From positions 1 through 40,135 of the forward strand of contig CAZPFE010000001.1 of NCBI GenBank assembly GCA_964585805.1: a stretch of 40,135 bases of DNA. Direction: 5' to 3'. Made by a program: the position numbers and the translations under genes. This DNA comes from an uncultured Candidatus Saccharibacteria bacterium. GTDB lineage: Bacteria; Patescibacteriota; Minisyncoccia; Minisyncoccales; GWA2-38-27. Below are positions 27,404 through 36,288 of the stretch, one piece after another. Numbering within the stretch: position 1 is the first letter of the stretch; every line of letters begins with the position of its first letter. The notes beneath the pieces were generated by a model. It was not told the DNA's origin, did no database searches, and was given only the letters and a program-made list of their open reading frames with translations.

Positions 27404-27961
27404 TTATTTTACAAAAACCTTTAACACCACAACCGCTTTAATTAAATTATTCTTTGATAAATTCGTCTTTTCTTCTTTTTTGTTTAATTTTTCTTTTTCT
27501 ACTGAGTTAATTGTAATCTGTTGAACCTTCATCAAAAATGGACTATATTCTATTTTTCCAAGAAATTTTAAAAAACTAATATAATCACCAAGCAAATTCA
27601 TTTGAAACCCTATTGATTTCCATAAATCTTCTTTATCCGATTTTAAACTAACAGAATTAACCTCAAGGAGGAGATTATTTTCTTTTGCTGTTTCTTCCCA
27701 AAATTGAATTAAATTAATTGGCGCTTGACTATCAGTAAAAAGAGAATCTATTTTCTCCATATCTTCTTTTATCTTTTCTTTATCTTGATAGCATTTTAAA
27801 TTCTCAATAATTTTTTCTTTCTTCTTTATTGAAATAATTTTTGAAGATTTTTGTTGAACTCCTAAAAATAACGGATACACTACTCCTACGACCAAAAGAA
27901 GTAAAATAAAAAAAGGAAGAATATAGTAAATAAAAACATTTTTCTTCTCACTTAAACCCAT
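27404..27961 (-). CDS. pilO: PilO-like type IV pilus assembly protein
   Basis: Bitopic protein (N-terminal TM, coiled-coil, then a ferredoxin-like C-terminal region) immediately after pilN. The call rests on architecture and gene order, not a strong motif. Confidence 0.55.
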   Translation of the reverse strand: MGLSEKKNVFIYYILPFFILLLLVVGVVYPLFLGVQQKSSKIISIKKKEKIIENLKCYQDKEKIKEDMEKIDSLFTDSQAPINLIQFWEETAKENNLLLEVNSVSLKSDKEDLWKSIGFQMNLLGDYISFLKFLGKIEYSPFLMKVQQITINSVEKEKLNKKEEKTNLSKNNLIKAVVVLKVFVK

Positions 27962-27970
27962 AATATGGAA

Positions 27971-28543
27971 TTATTTATACTTTAAAATTACAAAAAAGTT
28001 AATATCTCTTGGCTTTACCCAATTAGAAGGAGGAAAATAGATATCTTTAAAACATTCACTCTTTTGAAGATTTTCTCTAAAATTAAACAATTTATCTCTA
28101 TCAGAAGCAAAACCAGAGACAGAAATCTCTAATTTTCCTTTTTCTTTCTGATCATTTCCTCTTTTGTTGCCTTCTTTATTAATAGAAGAAAGAGATATAC
28201 TTCTAACAAACACACCTTCAGGAATGACCTCTGCAAAATCCTCTAACACTTGGTTGAAATAAACTTTCTGTTGATAAAAAGAATTAAGTTTTTTTAAACT
28301 CTCATTCATTAATTTTATTTTATTTTCAAGAGAAACAATACTTTCTTGTCCATCTCTATCTTGAAAATCAATTTTTTTTTGTTCTTCTTTTATTTGGTAA
28401 TAAAAATAAACATTAAATAATAAAAGTAAAAATATCAAACATATTATAAAAAAACCTAACAAAAACCAAAAAACTAAAATTATTCGCTTCTTCTTTTCTC
28501 TTAAAAGATATTCTTTCTCTTTTGGAGGCAAAAGATTTATCAT
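27971..28543 (-). CDS. pilN: PilN-like type IV pilus assembly protein
   Basis: Canonical MINLLPP N-terminus followed by a TM segment and coiled-coil. The start overlaps the pilM stop by 4 nt. Confidence 0.7.
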   Translation of the reverse strand: MINLLPPKEKEYLLREKKKRIILVFWFLLGFFIICLIFLLLLFNVYFYYQIKEEQKKIDFQDRDGQESIVSLENKIKLMNESLKKLNSFYQQKVYFNQVLEDFAEVIPEGVFVRSISLSSINKEGNKRGNDQKEKGKLEISVSGFASDRDKLFNFRENLQKSECFKDIYFPPSNWVKPRDINFFVILKYK

Positions 28544-29697
28544 AAAACATCTTCCTCTGGTTTAACTCCTCGTAAAGCTAAACCAAGAGCAGTTACATAA
28601 CCAAGTGATTCCTCATATGAAATTTGAGGAATTTCTTTTAAAGGTTGAGGCAAAATATTAATCCAAGGGTTACCTAATTCCGTTAAAATGCCTAATTCTA
28701 AAGAAAGATAAGTAGTTAACCCTTTTAAATTCGCTCCCCGTCCACAAAGAATAACTTTTTTTATTTCTTTTTCTTTTGGTAAAGGTCCAATTTGGTTAAT
28801 ATGAGTTTGATAATATAGAAAGTATTTCTTTATCTCCTTAACTAAATCTGATAAAATCTCTTCTGTCGCCTGAAAAATCTTCTTAAGTTTTTGACTCCTC
28901 TTATGTTTCCCGCTTAAATCAAGCCCATATTTTCTTTTTAATTTTTCTGCTTCTTTTAAATCTATTTTTAGTAATTCGGCTATTCTTTCAGTAATACTAT
29001 GGGAAGAAAGAGGAATTGAAGAAGTAAAACAAATTGAGTAACCAGAAAAAAGAATAAAACTTGTTGTACTCCTGCCAAAATCTATTATAAAAATCGGAAA
29101 AGGACTAACTTCATTTCTTATCAAAGCCCGAACAATAGATTGCGATTCAACCTCCATTGCCTGAACAACTAAACCAGCTCCTTTAAAACATTCAAGATAA
29201 TCATCTATAATATCTCTTGGAAAAGCAGAAATCAAAATATCTTGTGTTTTCTCTTCCTGTCTAAAATGACTCTTACTATTAGCAAAAAAACGATTTTTAT
29301 CTTCTGGCAAAATCTGAAAATCAAGATAAACATCATTTATTGCAAAAGGAATATAATTTTCTGCCTCAAACAAAACTGCTGTTTCTAATTCTTTCTTGCT
29401 CATTTTTGGCATTCTAATAATCTGAAAAAATGATTTTCTTTCTGGTAAAGAAACAATAACATTATTTTCTTTTAATTTTTCGCCTTTGACATTCTGGATT
29501 GCTTTTTTAATTTCTTTAATAAAAATATCTTTATCTCTTACTTTTCCTTCTTCTATAACACCTGGTTCTAAACTTGTTTTACCCCAAGAAGATAAGGTAT
29601 AAAAATTCTTTTTTCTTTTGAGTTTTGCTATCTTCAAAGATAAATCAGAAACATCTATCCCAAAAGATTCAGGTTCTATTTTTAGAAAATCAAACAT
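28540..29697 (-). CDS. pilM: PilM, actin-like type IV pilus assembly ATPase-fold protein
   Basis: FGIDVSDLSLKIAKL start, internal IIDFGRSTTS and ILCGRGANLKGL phosphate-binding-like motifs typical of PilM/FtsA-like proteins. Followed by pilN and pilO. Confidence 0.8.
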   Translation of the reverse strand: MFDFLKIEPESFGIDVSDLSLKIAKLKRKKNFYTLSSWGKTSLEPGVIEEGKVRDKDIFIKEIKKAIQNVKGEKLKENNVIVSLPERKSFFQIIRMPKMSKKELETAVLFEAENYIPFAINDVYLDFQILPEDKNRFFANSKSHFRQEEKTQDILISAFPRDIIDDYLECFKGAGLVVQAMEVESQSIVRALIRNEVSPFPIFIIDFGRSTTSFILFSGYSICFTSSIPLSSHSITERIAELLKIDLKEAEKLKRKYGLDLSGKHKRSQKLKKIFQATEEILSDLVKEIKKYFLYYQTHINQIGPLPKEKEIKKVILCGRGANLKGLTTYLSLELGILTELGNPWINILPQPLKEIPQISYEESLGYVTALGLALRGVKPEEDVL

Positions 29698-29723
29698 ATA
29701 TTTCTACTTCTCTATCTTTAAAA

Positions 29724-29732
29724 ATTATAACA
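29724..29732 (-). promoter_or_regulatory. Candidate extended -10 box (TGTTATAAT) upstream of pilM
   Basis: The minus strand reads TGTTATAAT ~27 nt upstream of the pilM ATG. There is no good -35, and TATAAT-like strings are common in AT-rich DNA, so support is weak. Confidence 0.25.
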
Positions 29733-29887
29733 TAAAAATTAAAAACTACTTAATTTTTTCTTTTCTTTTTTTATTTTTCTATCCTCTTTATTCATCTTTT
29801 ATTACTTTATTATACTTAAAAGAAAAAAATTAAAAAGAAACCTTTCTTTTCTTTTCTTCTCTTCTCTTTTCTTATTATCTTATCTTT

Positions 29888-30020
29888 TCCTCCCCCTCCT
29901 TTGGAGGGGGAGGATTAAGGAGGGGAAGTTTTATTCCCCATCCCCCTCCTCACCTCCCCCTTCCCTTTGGGAAGGGGGAGGATTGAAATAAAAAAAGAAG
30001 AGGGACGATTAAGGAGGGGG
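29888..30020. repeat. GC-rich composite palindromic element, copy R1 (modules A + B)
   Basis: Module A is 29888-29914 (TCCTCCCCCTCC-TTT-GGAGGGGGAGGA). Module B is 29953-29981 (CCTCCCCCTTCCC-TTT-GGGAAGGGGGAGG). GATTAAGGAGGGG tails follow at 29913-29925 and 30007-30020. Nearly colinear with 37316-37440. Confidence 0.9.
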
Positions 30021-30095
30021 TATTTTGAATTTTAAATTTTGATCATTTGAATTTATTTAGGATTTAGAATTTTGGATTAAGGCAAGAATAATTAT

Positions 30096-31544
30096 CTATT
30101 GACTTTCACGCCACTTCAAAATTTTAAAATCGCTTTCAGCATAAGGAACAAAAGGCGGCGGATTATAAATTAAATTTGAGTCAACATAATTTTCTCTCTT
30201 TAAATAACCTGAAACAACAAAACTTCCTGAACTCCACTTAGTTCCCACTCTTCCATTGCTTACTATTGCTCCAGTAATTTCCAATTTATCTTTGATATTC
30301 CAATAGTAAAGATTTCTACCAAAATGTCCTTTTTGAGCAATAAATATTCCTTGAAGAATCATATTATTAGGCGAATCAGGAGAAATTAAAATATTCTTTT
30401 CAGCAATAAGAGCTAAACCGTCTGAACCATCTTGATTAACATATTCTATATTCCCTGGCAAAATTATTGTTGTCTCTTTATTAGAGTTAATTAAGTTTGC
30501 GGAAGCAATTGTAATTTTCCCTTTAATCTTTCCTTCTATCCAAAGATTATCTTCAACAAAAACAACCGGACAAGAAGCAGAAATATTAAAAGTAGCATAA
30601 TAATACTCTTTACTTATCCGAAAATAATCATAATGCCATCCTTCTTCCGAACTATAAGCAAAATCTTTTTTAAGACGAGTAATAATTCTCACCTCAATAG
30701 TCCCATCTTGATTAGATATTAAATGATATCCTTTTCCTTGAGGATTAACTTCTTTAGCCGGCGGCAAATAAAGAGATTGTAACTGAGCTTTATCTTTAAT
30801 TTGAGCTAAATCTATAGTAATGCTATCAAAATCAAAAGGAGTTGCTGGAAATTGAAAAAGATTTTTATTGCCATTTGCTGTTGTGAAAACTCCTGGACAA
30901 AAACAAGTTGATCCTTCAAACCAACAACCAGCGCTAATAGGGCAAGGATTACAACCAAAACTAGAAGTGCAAACCCATTTATCTTTAGCCGAAGTAACAA
31001 GTGATTTATTTTCCCCATCCATTCTTATTCCTCCGTTTGAATGATAAAGTCCTCTAATTTCTCTATCAACTCCTGCCCAAACATTATCATTAAGCAAATA
31101 AGCATACTTAGCAACAGAGCTCCGAGCATATAAAACATTTATTTTTCTCTTAACATCTGGTTCATTATTGGTCCAACCAGTAGATGTAACATCTCTACTT
31201 ATTATCTCTCCACAATAATTTTCTGTCTTTTTTTCTAAGGAAAACTTACCTAATAACTGCCCCGAAGGAGAATAGTAATCTTTAGAAAGATTGCAAGAAT
31301 CTCCCAATCCATGATTAAGACACCAGCGATAGTAATTCAAACCTGCCTCAGCAATTTCTAAAGACTCTTTCCAAGCTACTCTCTTTTTTGCCTTCTTTAA
31401 TTCAGTTAAAGTAACATTTAGAATAGCATTTAAAATAATTAAAAAAATTAAACCAAAAACTAAAGAAAGGCTAATTATAATTGAACCTTTTTCTTCTTTT
31501 TCTATTTTTTTATTAAATCTTTTTTCAAATGTATCTAAAATCAT
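30096..31544 (-). CDS. PilX-like minor pilin / pilus-associated Cys-rich protein (482 aa)
   Basis: N-terminal KG|SIIISLSLVFGLIFLIIL hydrophobic segment is followed by AWKESLEIAEAGLNYY (PilX_N-type A..AEAG motif). Contains the Cys-rich stretch WVCTSSFGCNPCPISAGCWFEGSTCFCPG. Lies 3 nt after the preceding prepilin gene. Confidence 0.5.
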   Translation of the reverse strand: MILDTFEKRFNKKIEKEEKGSIIISLSLVFGLIFLIILNAILNVTLTELKKAKKRVAWKESLEIAEAGLNYYRWCLNHGLGDSCNLSKDYYSPSGQLLGKFSLEKKTENYCGEIISRDVTSTGWTNNEPDVKRKINVLYARSSVAKYAYLLNDNVWAGVDREIRGLYHSNGGIRMDGENKSLVTSAKDKWVCTSSFGCNPCPISAGCWFEGSTCFCPGVFTTANGNKNLFQFPATPFDFDSITIDLAQIKDKAQLQSLYLPPAKEVNPQGKGYHLISNQDGTIEVRIITRLKKDFAYSSEEGWHYDYFRISKEYYYATFNISASCPVVFVEDNLWIEGKIKGKITIASANLINSNKETTIILPGNIEYVNQDGSDGLALIAEKNILISPDSPNNMILQGIFIAQKGHFGRNLYYWNIKDKLEITGAIVSNGRVGTKWSSGSFVVSGYLKRENYVDSNLIYNPPPFVPYAESDFKILKWRESQ

Positions 31545-31547
31545 CTT

Positions 31548-32576
31548 TTAAAAATTATCTTTTAAATTTCTCGGCTGAACAAACGAATTCAAATCAAATG
31601 ATTGAGGAGAACGATCAGGATCAACATCAATTTTTAAATGAATTTTTATTAGTTTTGTGTCTGATAATCTAGCTGGATACTCTTCTATTTTATTTCCAGA
31701 AGAATCATAATATTCAAAAATAGGAGAATCGTTTCTAACATAAGAACTTAAAATGTAAAATTTCTCTTGATCAGATGGATATTCCACTGGCGAGGAAGTC
31801 GGTTCAATCACTCCTTTCTTCAGTTTATTATCATCTTCTGGATTCTTTTCTGTCCAAATTAACTCAACTTTCAATTTCATTGAATGATGAGGATTAATCC
31901 AATTGCAATAGGGATCAACTTGCGTACTAGCATCAGCCACAATATTTATATTACCATCCGCTGCTTGATCAGTAATATCAAATGTTAACAAACCTTGCCA
32001 AGTAGCTGGACAATCAGAACATCCTCCTTTACAAATATTACCTATCTTTTCTCCATCTACAAAAATTTCAGCATACTCCCGGGACCAACCAAAATCTCCT
32101 TCAACTGAAACTTTTAATTGAGCGCTTTCTAAAGTCCCGTTCAAAAAATTAGAAAAATTTACACTACAAGATCCTCCTTTCAAATAACTCACACACTCTT
32201 TAGTTTTTGATTTAATCTCTGTCCCTCCTAAAAAATACCTCACCCTTTCTACTTGTCCATCCTTATCAATGTCGCTGTAAAAAATAATTTCATTATCATC
32301 GGCTTCCTCAATAGGATAAGAACCGTCATCTCCTTGAGATATTTCTCTTATTTCTCTTACCATAGTACTAATTCCTCTTTCTGCTTCTTCTATTGCGTGG
32401 GCTTGTTGAGAATTATATCTATAATCTTTAAAAAGAGAAAAAATACCATTTGAAAGAGCAATAAGAATTAAGGAAAAAATCACAATCACTACAAGCGTTT
32501 CTACTAAAGTAAAACCATTTTTCTTTTTTTTGTTATTAAATTTCTTTTTATTTAAATAATTTTTTAACATTTTCAT
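31548..32576 (-). CDS. Prepilin-type N-terminal cleavage/methylation domain protein (342 aa, Cys-rich)
   Basis: KKKNG|FTLVETLVVIVIFSLILIAL is a class III signal with Glu+5. The large C-terminal domain has several Cys pairs. Confidence 0.75.
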   Translation of the reverse strand: MKMLKNYLNKKKFNNKKKKNGFTLVETLVVIVIFSLILIALSNGIFSLFKDYRYNSQQAHAIEEAERGISTMVREIREISQGDDGSYPIEEADDNEIIFYSDIDKDGQVERVRYFLGGTEIKSKTKECVSYLKGGSCSVNFSNFLNGTLESAQLKVSVEGDFGWSREYAEIFVDGEKIGNICKGGCSDCPATWQGLLTFDITDQAADGNINIVADASTQVDPYCNWINPHHSMKLKVELIWTEKNPEDDNKLKKGVIEPTSSPVEYPSDQEKFYILSSYVRNDSPIFEYYDSSGNKIEEYPARLSDTKLIKIHLKIDVDPDRSPQSFDLNSFVQPRNLKDNF

Positions 32577-32630
32577 TATTTTTTAATCTGTAATTGCTGA
32601 CCACTTTGGTAATAGCTTAATTATTATTAT

Positions 32631-32828
32631 CCCTATCCCCCTCCTTACCTCCCCCTTCCCTCTGGGAAGGGGGAGGATTGAAAAATAAAGAGGAGGATGA
32701 TTAAGGAGAGGGAGATTCCCTGCTCTCCCTGCTCTCCCTGCTCTCCCTGCTCTCCCTGCTCTCCCTGCTCTCCCTGCTCTCCCTCTTCCTCCCCCTCCTC
32801 TGGAGGGGGAGGATTAAGGTGGGGGAGG
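32631..32828. repeat. GC-rich composite palindromic element, copy R2 (module B, 9-bp tandem array, module A)
   Basis: Module B is 32648-32676 (loop TCT). (TGCTCTCCC)x7 occupies 32721-32783. Module A is 32787-32813 (loop TCT). GATTAAGG tails are present. Confidence 0.9.
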
Positions 32829-32886
32829 TTCTACTTTTTTATTTCGTCACCAAACTAATTAGATAGCGCATCTAAACAATTAATGT

Positions 32887-34635
32887 CTATTCTGTCCTTG
32901 TCAATAATATAACAGCACTTTTATCTCCAGAAACAGATACGGTTTGGTTTTTAGATTCATAACCAACCATTTGAACATCTAACGAATAATTCCCTTCTTT
33001 TAAAGGAATAAAGTATGTCTGTCCTTTCTCGTCTGTTTCTTGGGTTTTATCATAATCTAAATCTGAATTATATAATCTAACATTTGCTCCAAAAATTGGC
33101 TCTCCACTATCTGCATCTTCCACTTTTATTAAAAGAGAATTTTGAGAACTAATATATAAAGAAACTGACAAATTTGTATCAGGAGACAAACTAATAGGTT
33201 GAGGAGAAGGATCTGTAGATTCCAAATCTAAGTCACTGTCTGGATTTAAAGAAAAAGTATAATTATCCCATTCTAAATTAGTAATATTAACTTCACCATC
33301 TGAATCAGAAATAAAATCCTGATTAAACTTATAAATTGGTTGATCAGATGTATCTGTGCCAATTATTTTTTCTCCTTTAAGATTAAAACTTATATCTCCT
33401 ATCGGCATAGATTGATTATTAACCCAGGAAACTTGCCAATCATAAAGCTTTGGACTAACACCTTCGTCTGAAGTATAAAAACTTGCCTTCACCTTTAACT
33501 TTGAATAAACACTAACATCCAAATTGCTAATATCTATAGGTGAAGAATTGAAACCAAACGAATTGCCAGGCAAATCTATATCTGGAATCAACTTCCATTG
33601 ATCATCAGTATAATATAAAACCTGATAAGTAATTTGCGTATTAGTTGGTTGACTATCATCAAAAGAAAATTCCTGCCATTTTACTAATCCTTCTGGTTCA
33701 ATTGGAATTGAAATAAGAAGTCCTGAATTACTACTATCTTCTAAAACAACAGTTCCATTCTCTAATATAAGATTAGAAATAGCAGATATTTTTTCTTGAT
33801 CAGAAAAAGAATCAGAAAAATTATCTAACCCTTGAGAAGAAAGAGTTTTCACGAAAAAAGAACTAACTTTATCTATTGAAAAACTAATTTCAGTTAATTT
33901 TCCTGTTAAAATTATAGGATTTGGCTTTTCGGGATTTGCTATTTCATCTATACCATAAGTTTCTTCACTGGTATATCCATCCTTAAAAACAACTATTTTA
34001 TAGGTTCCCGGCGCTAAAGAAAAATAATGTTTTCCACTGTCAGGGGTTGCTGTTTTAATTACTTCTCCGGTTTGAGGATTTATAACTTGAATAAAAGGAG
34101 AAGAAACCATTTTACCCGAAGCATCAAAAACAGAAACATAAAGTATTCCTCCAGTATCGGAACATTCTTGAGCCAAATTTTCCGGCGCAATATCAGTAGC
34201 AAGAACCGTTTCTCCCTTTGTTATCCCTGACCAAGAAACCTTGACCTCTACTCTTTTATAATCATTAGGACAATCATCTTCTGGACTGGCTATTCCATCA
34301 GCTGGATCAATCACATAATCTACCCTTTCTTGGATAGTATAAACTACTCCATTTAAAACTTCTGTCTTGGAAGAATCTAAAACTCCATCCGGAAAACCTC
34401 CCTTTATCCCAATAGAATTATAAGGTAAATTTCTTATCCTCTCTAATTCTCCTTCAGCAATAGCTGTAGCAGTCACTTTGTTTTTATTAAAACCAACTAA
34501 TTTTAAAGAAAATTGATAAGACAAAAAAAGAGCTAAAAAAATAACCAAAGTTAAAAAAGAACCTATTAAAACTTCAATTAAAGTAAAACCTTTATTTTTT
34601 GTTTTAATATCCAAACATCTAAACGTCATTATCAA
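32887..34635 (-). CDS. Giant prepilin-type protein (582 aa) with carboxypeptidase-regulatory-like beta-sandwich domains
   Basis: TKNKG|FTLIEVLIGSFLTLVIF is a class III signal. Two CarboxypepD_reg-like segments are present (GILYVSVFDASGK...PGTYKIVVFKDGYTSEE and IKVEDADSGEPIFGANVRLYN...EGNYSLDVQMVGYESK). Confidence 0.75.
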   Translation of the reverse strand: MIMTFRCLDIKTKNKGFTLIEVLIGSFLTLVIFLALFLSYQFSLKLVGFNKNKVTATAIAEGELERIRNLPYNSIGIKGGFPDGVLDSSKTEVLNGVVYTIQERVDYVIDPADGIASPEDDCPNDYKRVEVKVSWSGITKGETVLATDIAPENLAQECSDTGGILYVSVFDASGKMVSSPFIQVINPQTGEVIKTATPDSGKHYFSLAPGTYKIVVFKDGYTSEETYGIDEIANPEKPNPIILTGKLTEISFSIDKVSSFFVKTLSSQGLDNFSDSFSDQEKISAISNLILENGTVVLEDSSNSGLLISIPIEPEGLVKWQEFSFDDSQPTNTQITYQVLYYTDDQWKLIPDIDLPGNSFGFNSSPIDISNLDVSVYSKLKVKASFYTSDEGVSPKLYDWQVSWVNNQSMPIGDISFNLKGEKIIGTDTSDQPIYKFNQDFISDSDGEVNITNLEWDNYTFSLNPDSDLDLESTDPSPQPISLSPDTNLSVSLYISSQNSLLIKVEDADSGEPIFGANVRLYNSDLDYDKTQETDEKGQTYFIPLKEGNYSLDVQMVGYESKNQTVSVSGDKSAVILLTRTE

Positions 34636-34740
34636 TAAATATATTTATTATATATTTTTGGGAAGAGTTTTAAAATATTTAATATTTATTTTCTCTCATC
34701 CCTCCTCTCTTCTTCTTTATTTTTTCCTTCTCTCTTTACT

Positions 34741-35022
34741 CTCTCCTCCCCCTCCTTTTACTTTCTTCTCCTCCCCTCCTCTAGAGAGAGAGGATTAAGG
34801 AGGGGGAGGTTTTTTATTTCCTATCCCCCTCCTTACCTCCCCCTTCCTTTTGGGAAGGGGGAGGATGGAAAAATAAAGAGGAAGATTTATCCTCTCTTTA
34901 CCTTCCTCCCCCTCCTTTGGAGGGAACTCTCTTTTTATCCTCCCCCTCCTTTGGAGGGGGAGGATTAAGGAGGGGGAGGAGAGGGGAAAGAAAAAGAAAA
35001 AGAGGAAGAATCAAGGAGGGGG
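34741..35022. repeat. GC-rich composite palindromic element, copy R3 (multiple intact, truncated and orphan modules)
   Basis: Orphan A left arm at 34744-34755. Degenerate A at ~34767-34794. Module B at 34836-34864 (12-bp stem, loop TTTTG). Truncated A at 34904-34925. Intact A at 34938-34964. GATTAAGGAGGGGG tails follow. Confidence 0.9.
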
Positions 35023-35061
35023 CGATCCCTTCTCTTCTTTTTTTATCGGAAAAAGAAAATT

Positions 35062-36276
35062 CTAAAACCCTTGAACAATACCATAAATTGGTTGAATAAT
35101 AGAAATTGCAAAAAATCCAACTGCCGCTCCAACAATCAACATTAAAAACGGTTCAATAATTGAAGAAAGATTTTTAGTAATATTATCAACTTCTTCTTCA
35201 TAAAAATTGGCCAGGTGCTCCAAAATTTCTGCAGTTTCTCCTGTTTCTTCTCCAACTTTTATCATTTGGATTACCAAAGAAGGGTAAATATCTTTATAAT
35301 TCCCCAAAATATCTGACAATTTGGTTCCTTTTTTAATTTCTTGAGAAGATTTTAATAAAGCCTGACGATAATAAACATTGCCTAATGTATTAGCAGTAAT
35401 TTTTAATGACCTATCAATAGAAACACCTGCTTTTATTAAAGAACTAATTGTTCTTGCTGTCCTAGCTGAATTTGTTTTTTGAATAATAGAAGAAACAAGA
35501 GGTATCTTCAAAAAAATTTTATCTTTAATTTTCCTACCTTGTTCTGTTTTTAAAAACCCTCTTAAAAGAAAAAAAGAAAAAATGAAAAAACTAATAACTA
35601 AAAACCAATACTTAGCCATAAAATTACCACTGGCAATAATAATTCTGGTAGTAAGAGGTAAATTAATTTTTAAATCAGAAAAAACTTGCGATAACTTTGG
35701 AATAACCATTATCATCATTAAAATTCCAATAATAACCATTGCTGTTATTACTACTAAAGGATACATCATTGCTCCCCTAACCCGAGAAACAAGTCGGTGG
35801 TCTTTTTCCATCTGTTTTGCCAAAACAGACAAAACTTCTTCTAAAGAACCCGATTCTTCTCCAACTTTTATCATATTTATAAATAAATCATTAAAAACAT
35901 TTGGATAAAGAGCCAAAGCCTGGGAAAGGTTTTTTCCCTTAACAATTTCCTCTTTAAGATTAAAAATTATTTTTTTAAAATATTTATTTTTTGTTTGTTC
36001 AGCTAAAACATCTAATGCTCGAGGAAGAGAAACGCCGGCGCTAACCATTACTTTTAAATTCCGAGTAAACATTACTTTATCTGTTAAGGAAATCTTTGAA
36101 AGAAAAGGAATGACAATTCCTTTTTTAACAGAAGAAGCGCTCTTTACTTTTGCTGAAATCAATATATATCCTTCCTCTCTAAGTTCTTTTGCTAAATTAT
36201 GCTTATTTTCTGCCTCTTTATAACCAGAAATCGTCTCTCCTTTTAAATTTTTAGCAATATAAAAATAATTAGGCAT
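35062..36276 (-). CDS. pilC: Type IV pilus / type II secretion platform protein PilC (GspF family)
   Basis: 404 aa with duplicated GspF-type cytoplasmic domains and three TM regions (VGEESGSLEEVL and VGEETGETAEIL repeats). Confidence 0.88.
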   Translation of the reverse strand: MPNYFYIAKNLKGETISGYKEAENKHNLAKELREEGYILISAKVKSASSVKKGIVIPFLSKISLTDKVMFTRNLKVMVSAGVSLPRALDVLAEQTKNKYFKKIIFNLKEEIVKGKNLSQALALYPNVFNDLFINMIKVGEESGSLEEVLSVLAKQMEKDHRLVSRVRGAMMYPLVVITAMVIIGILMMIMVIPKLSQVFSDLKINLPLTTRIIIASGNFMAKYWFLVISFFIFSFFLLRGFLKTEQGRKIKDKIFLKIPLVSSIIQKTNSARTARTISSLIKAGVSIDRSLKITANTLGNVYYRQALLKSSQEIKKGTKLSDILGNYKDIYPSLVIQMIKVGEETGETAEILEHLANFYEEEVDNITKNLSSIIEPFLMLIVGAAVGFFAISIIQPIYGIVQGF

Positions 36277-36288
36277 AAATTTATTAAA

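Noticed and set aside
34917-35099. 60-aa plus-strand ORF (…GGGGLRRGRRGERKRKRGR…), and the similar 37237-37440 ORF
   Set aside because: Both lie entirely inside the GC-rich repeat spacers. They translate the low-complexity palindromes and have no start context. They are artefacts of the repeat composition.
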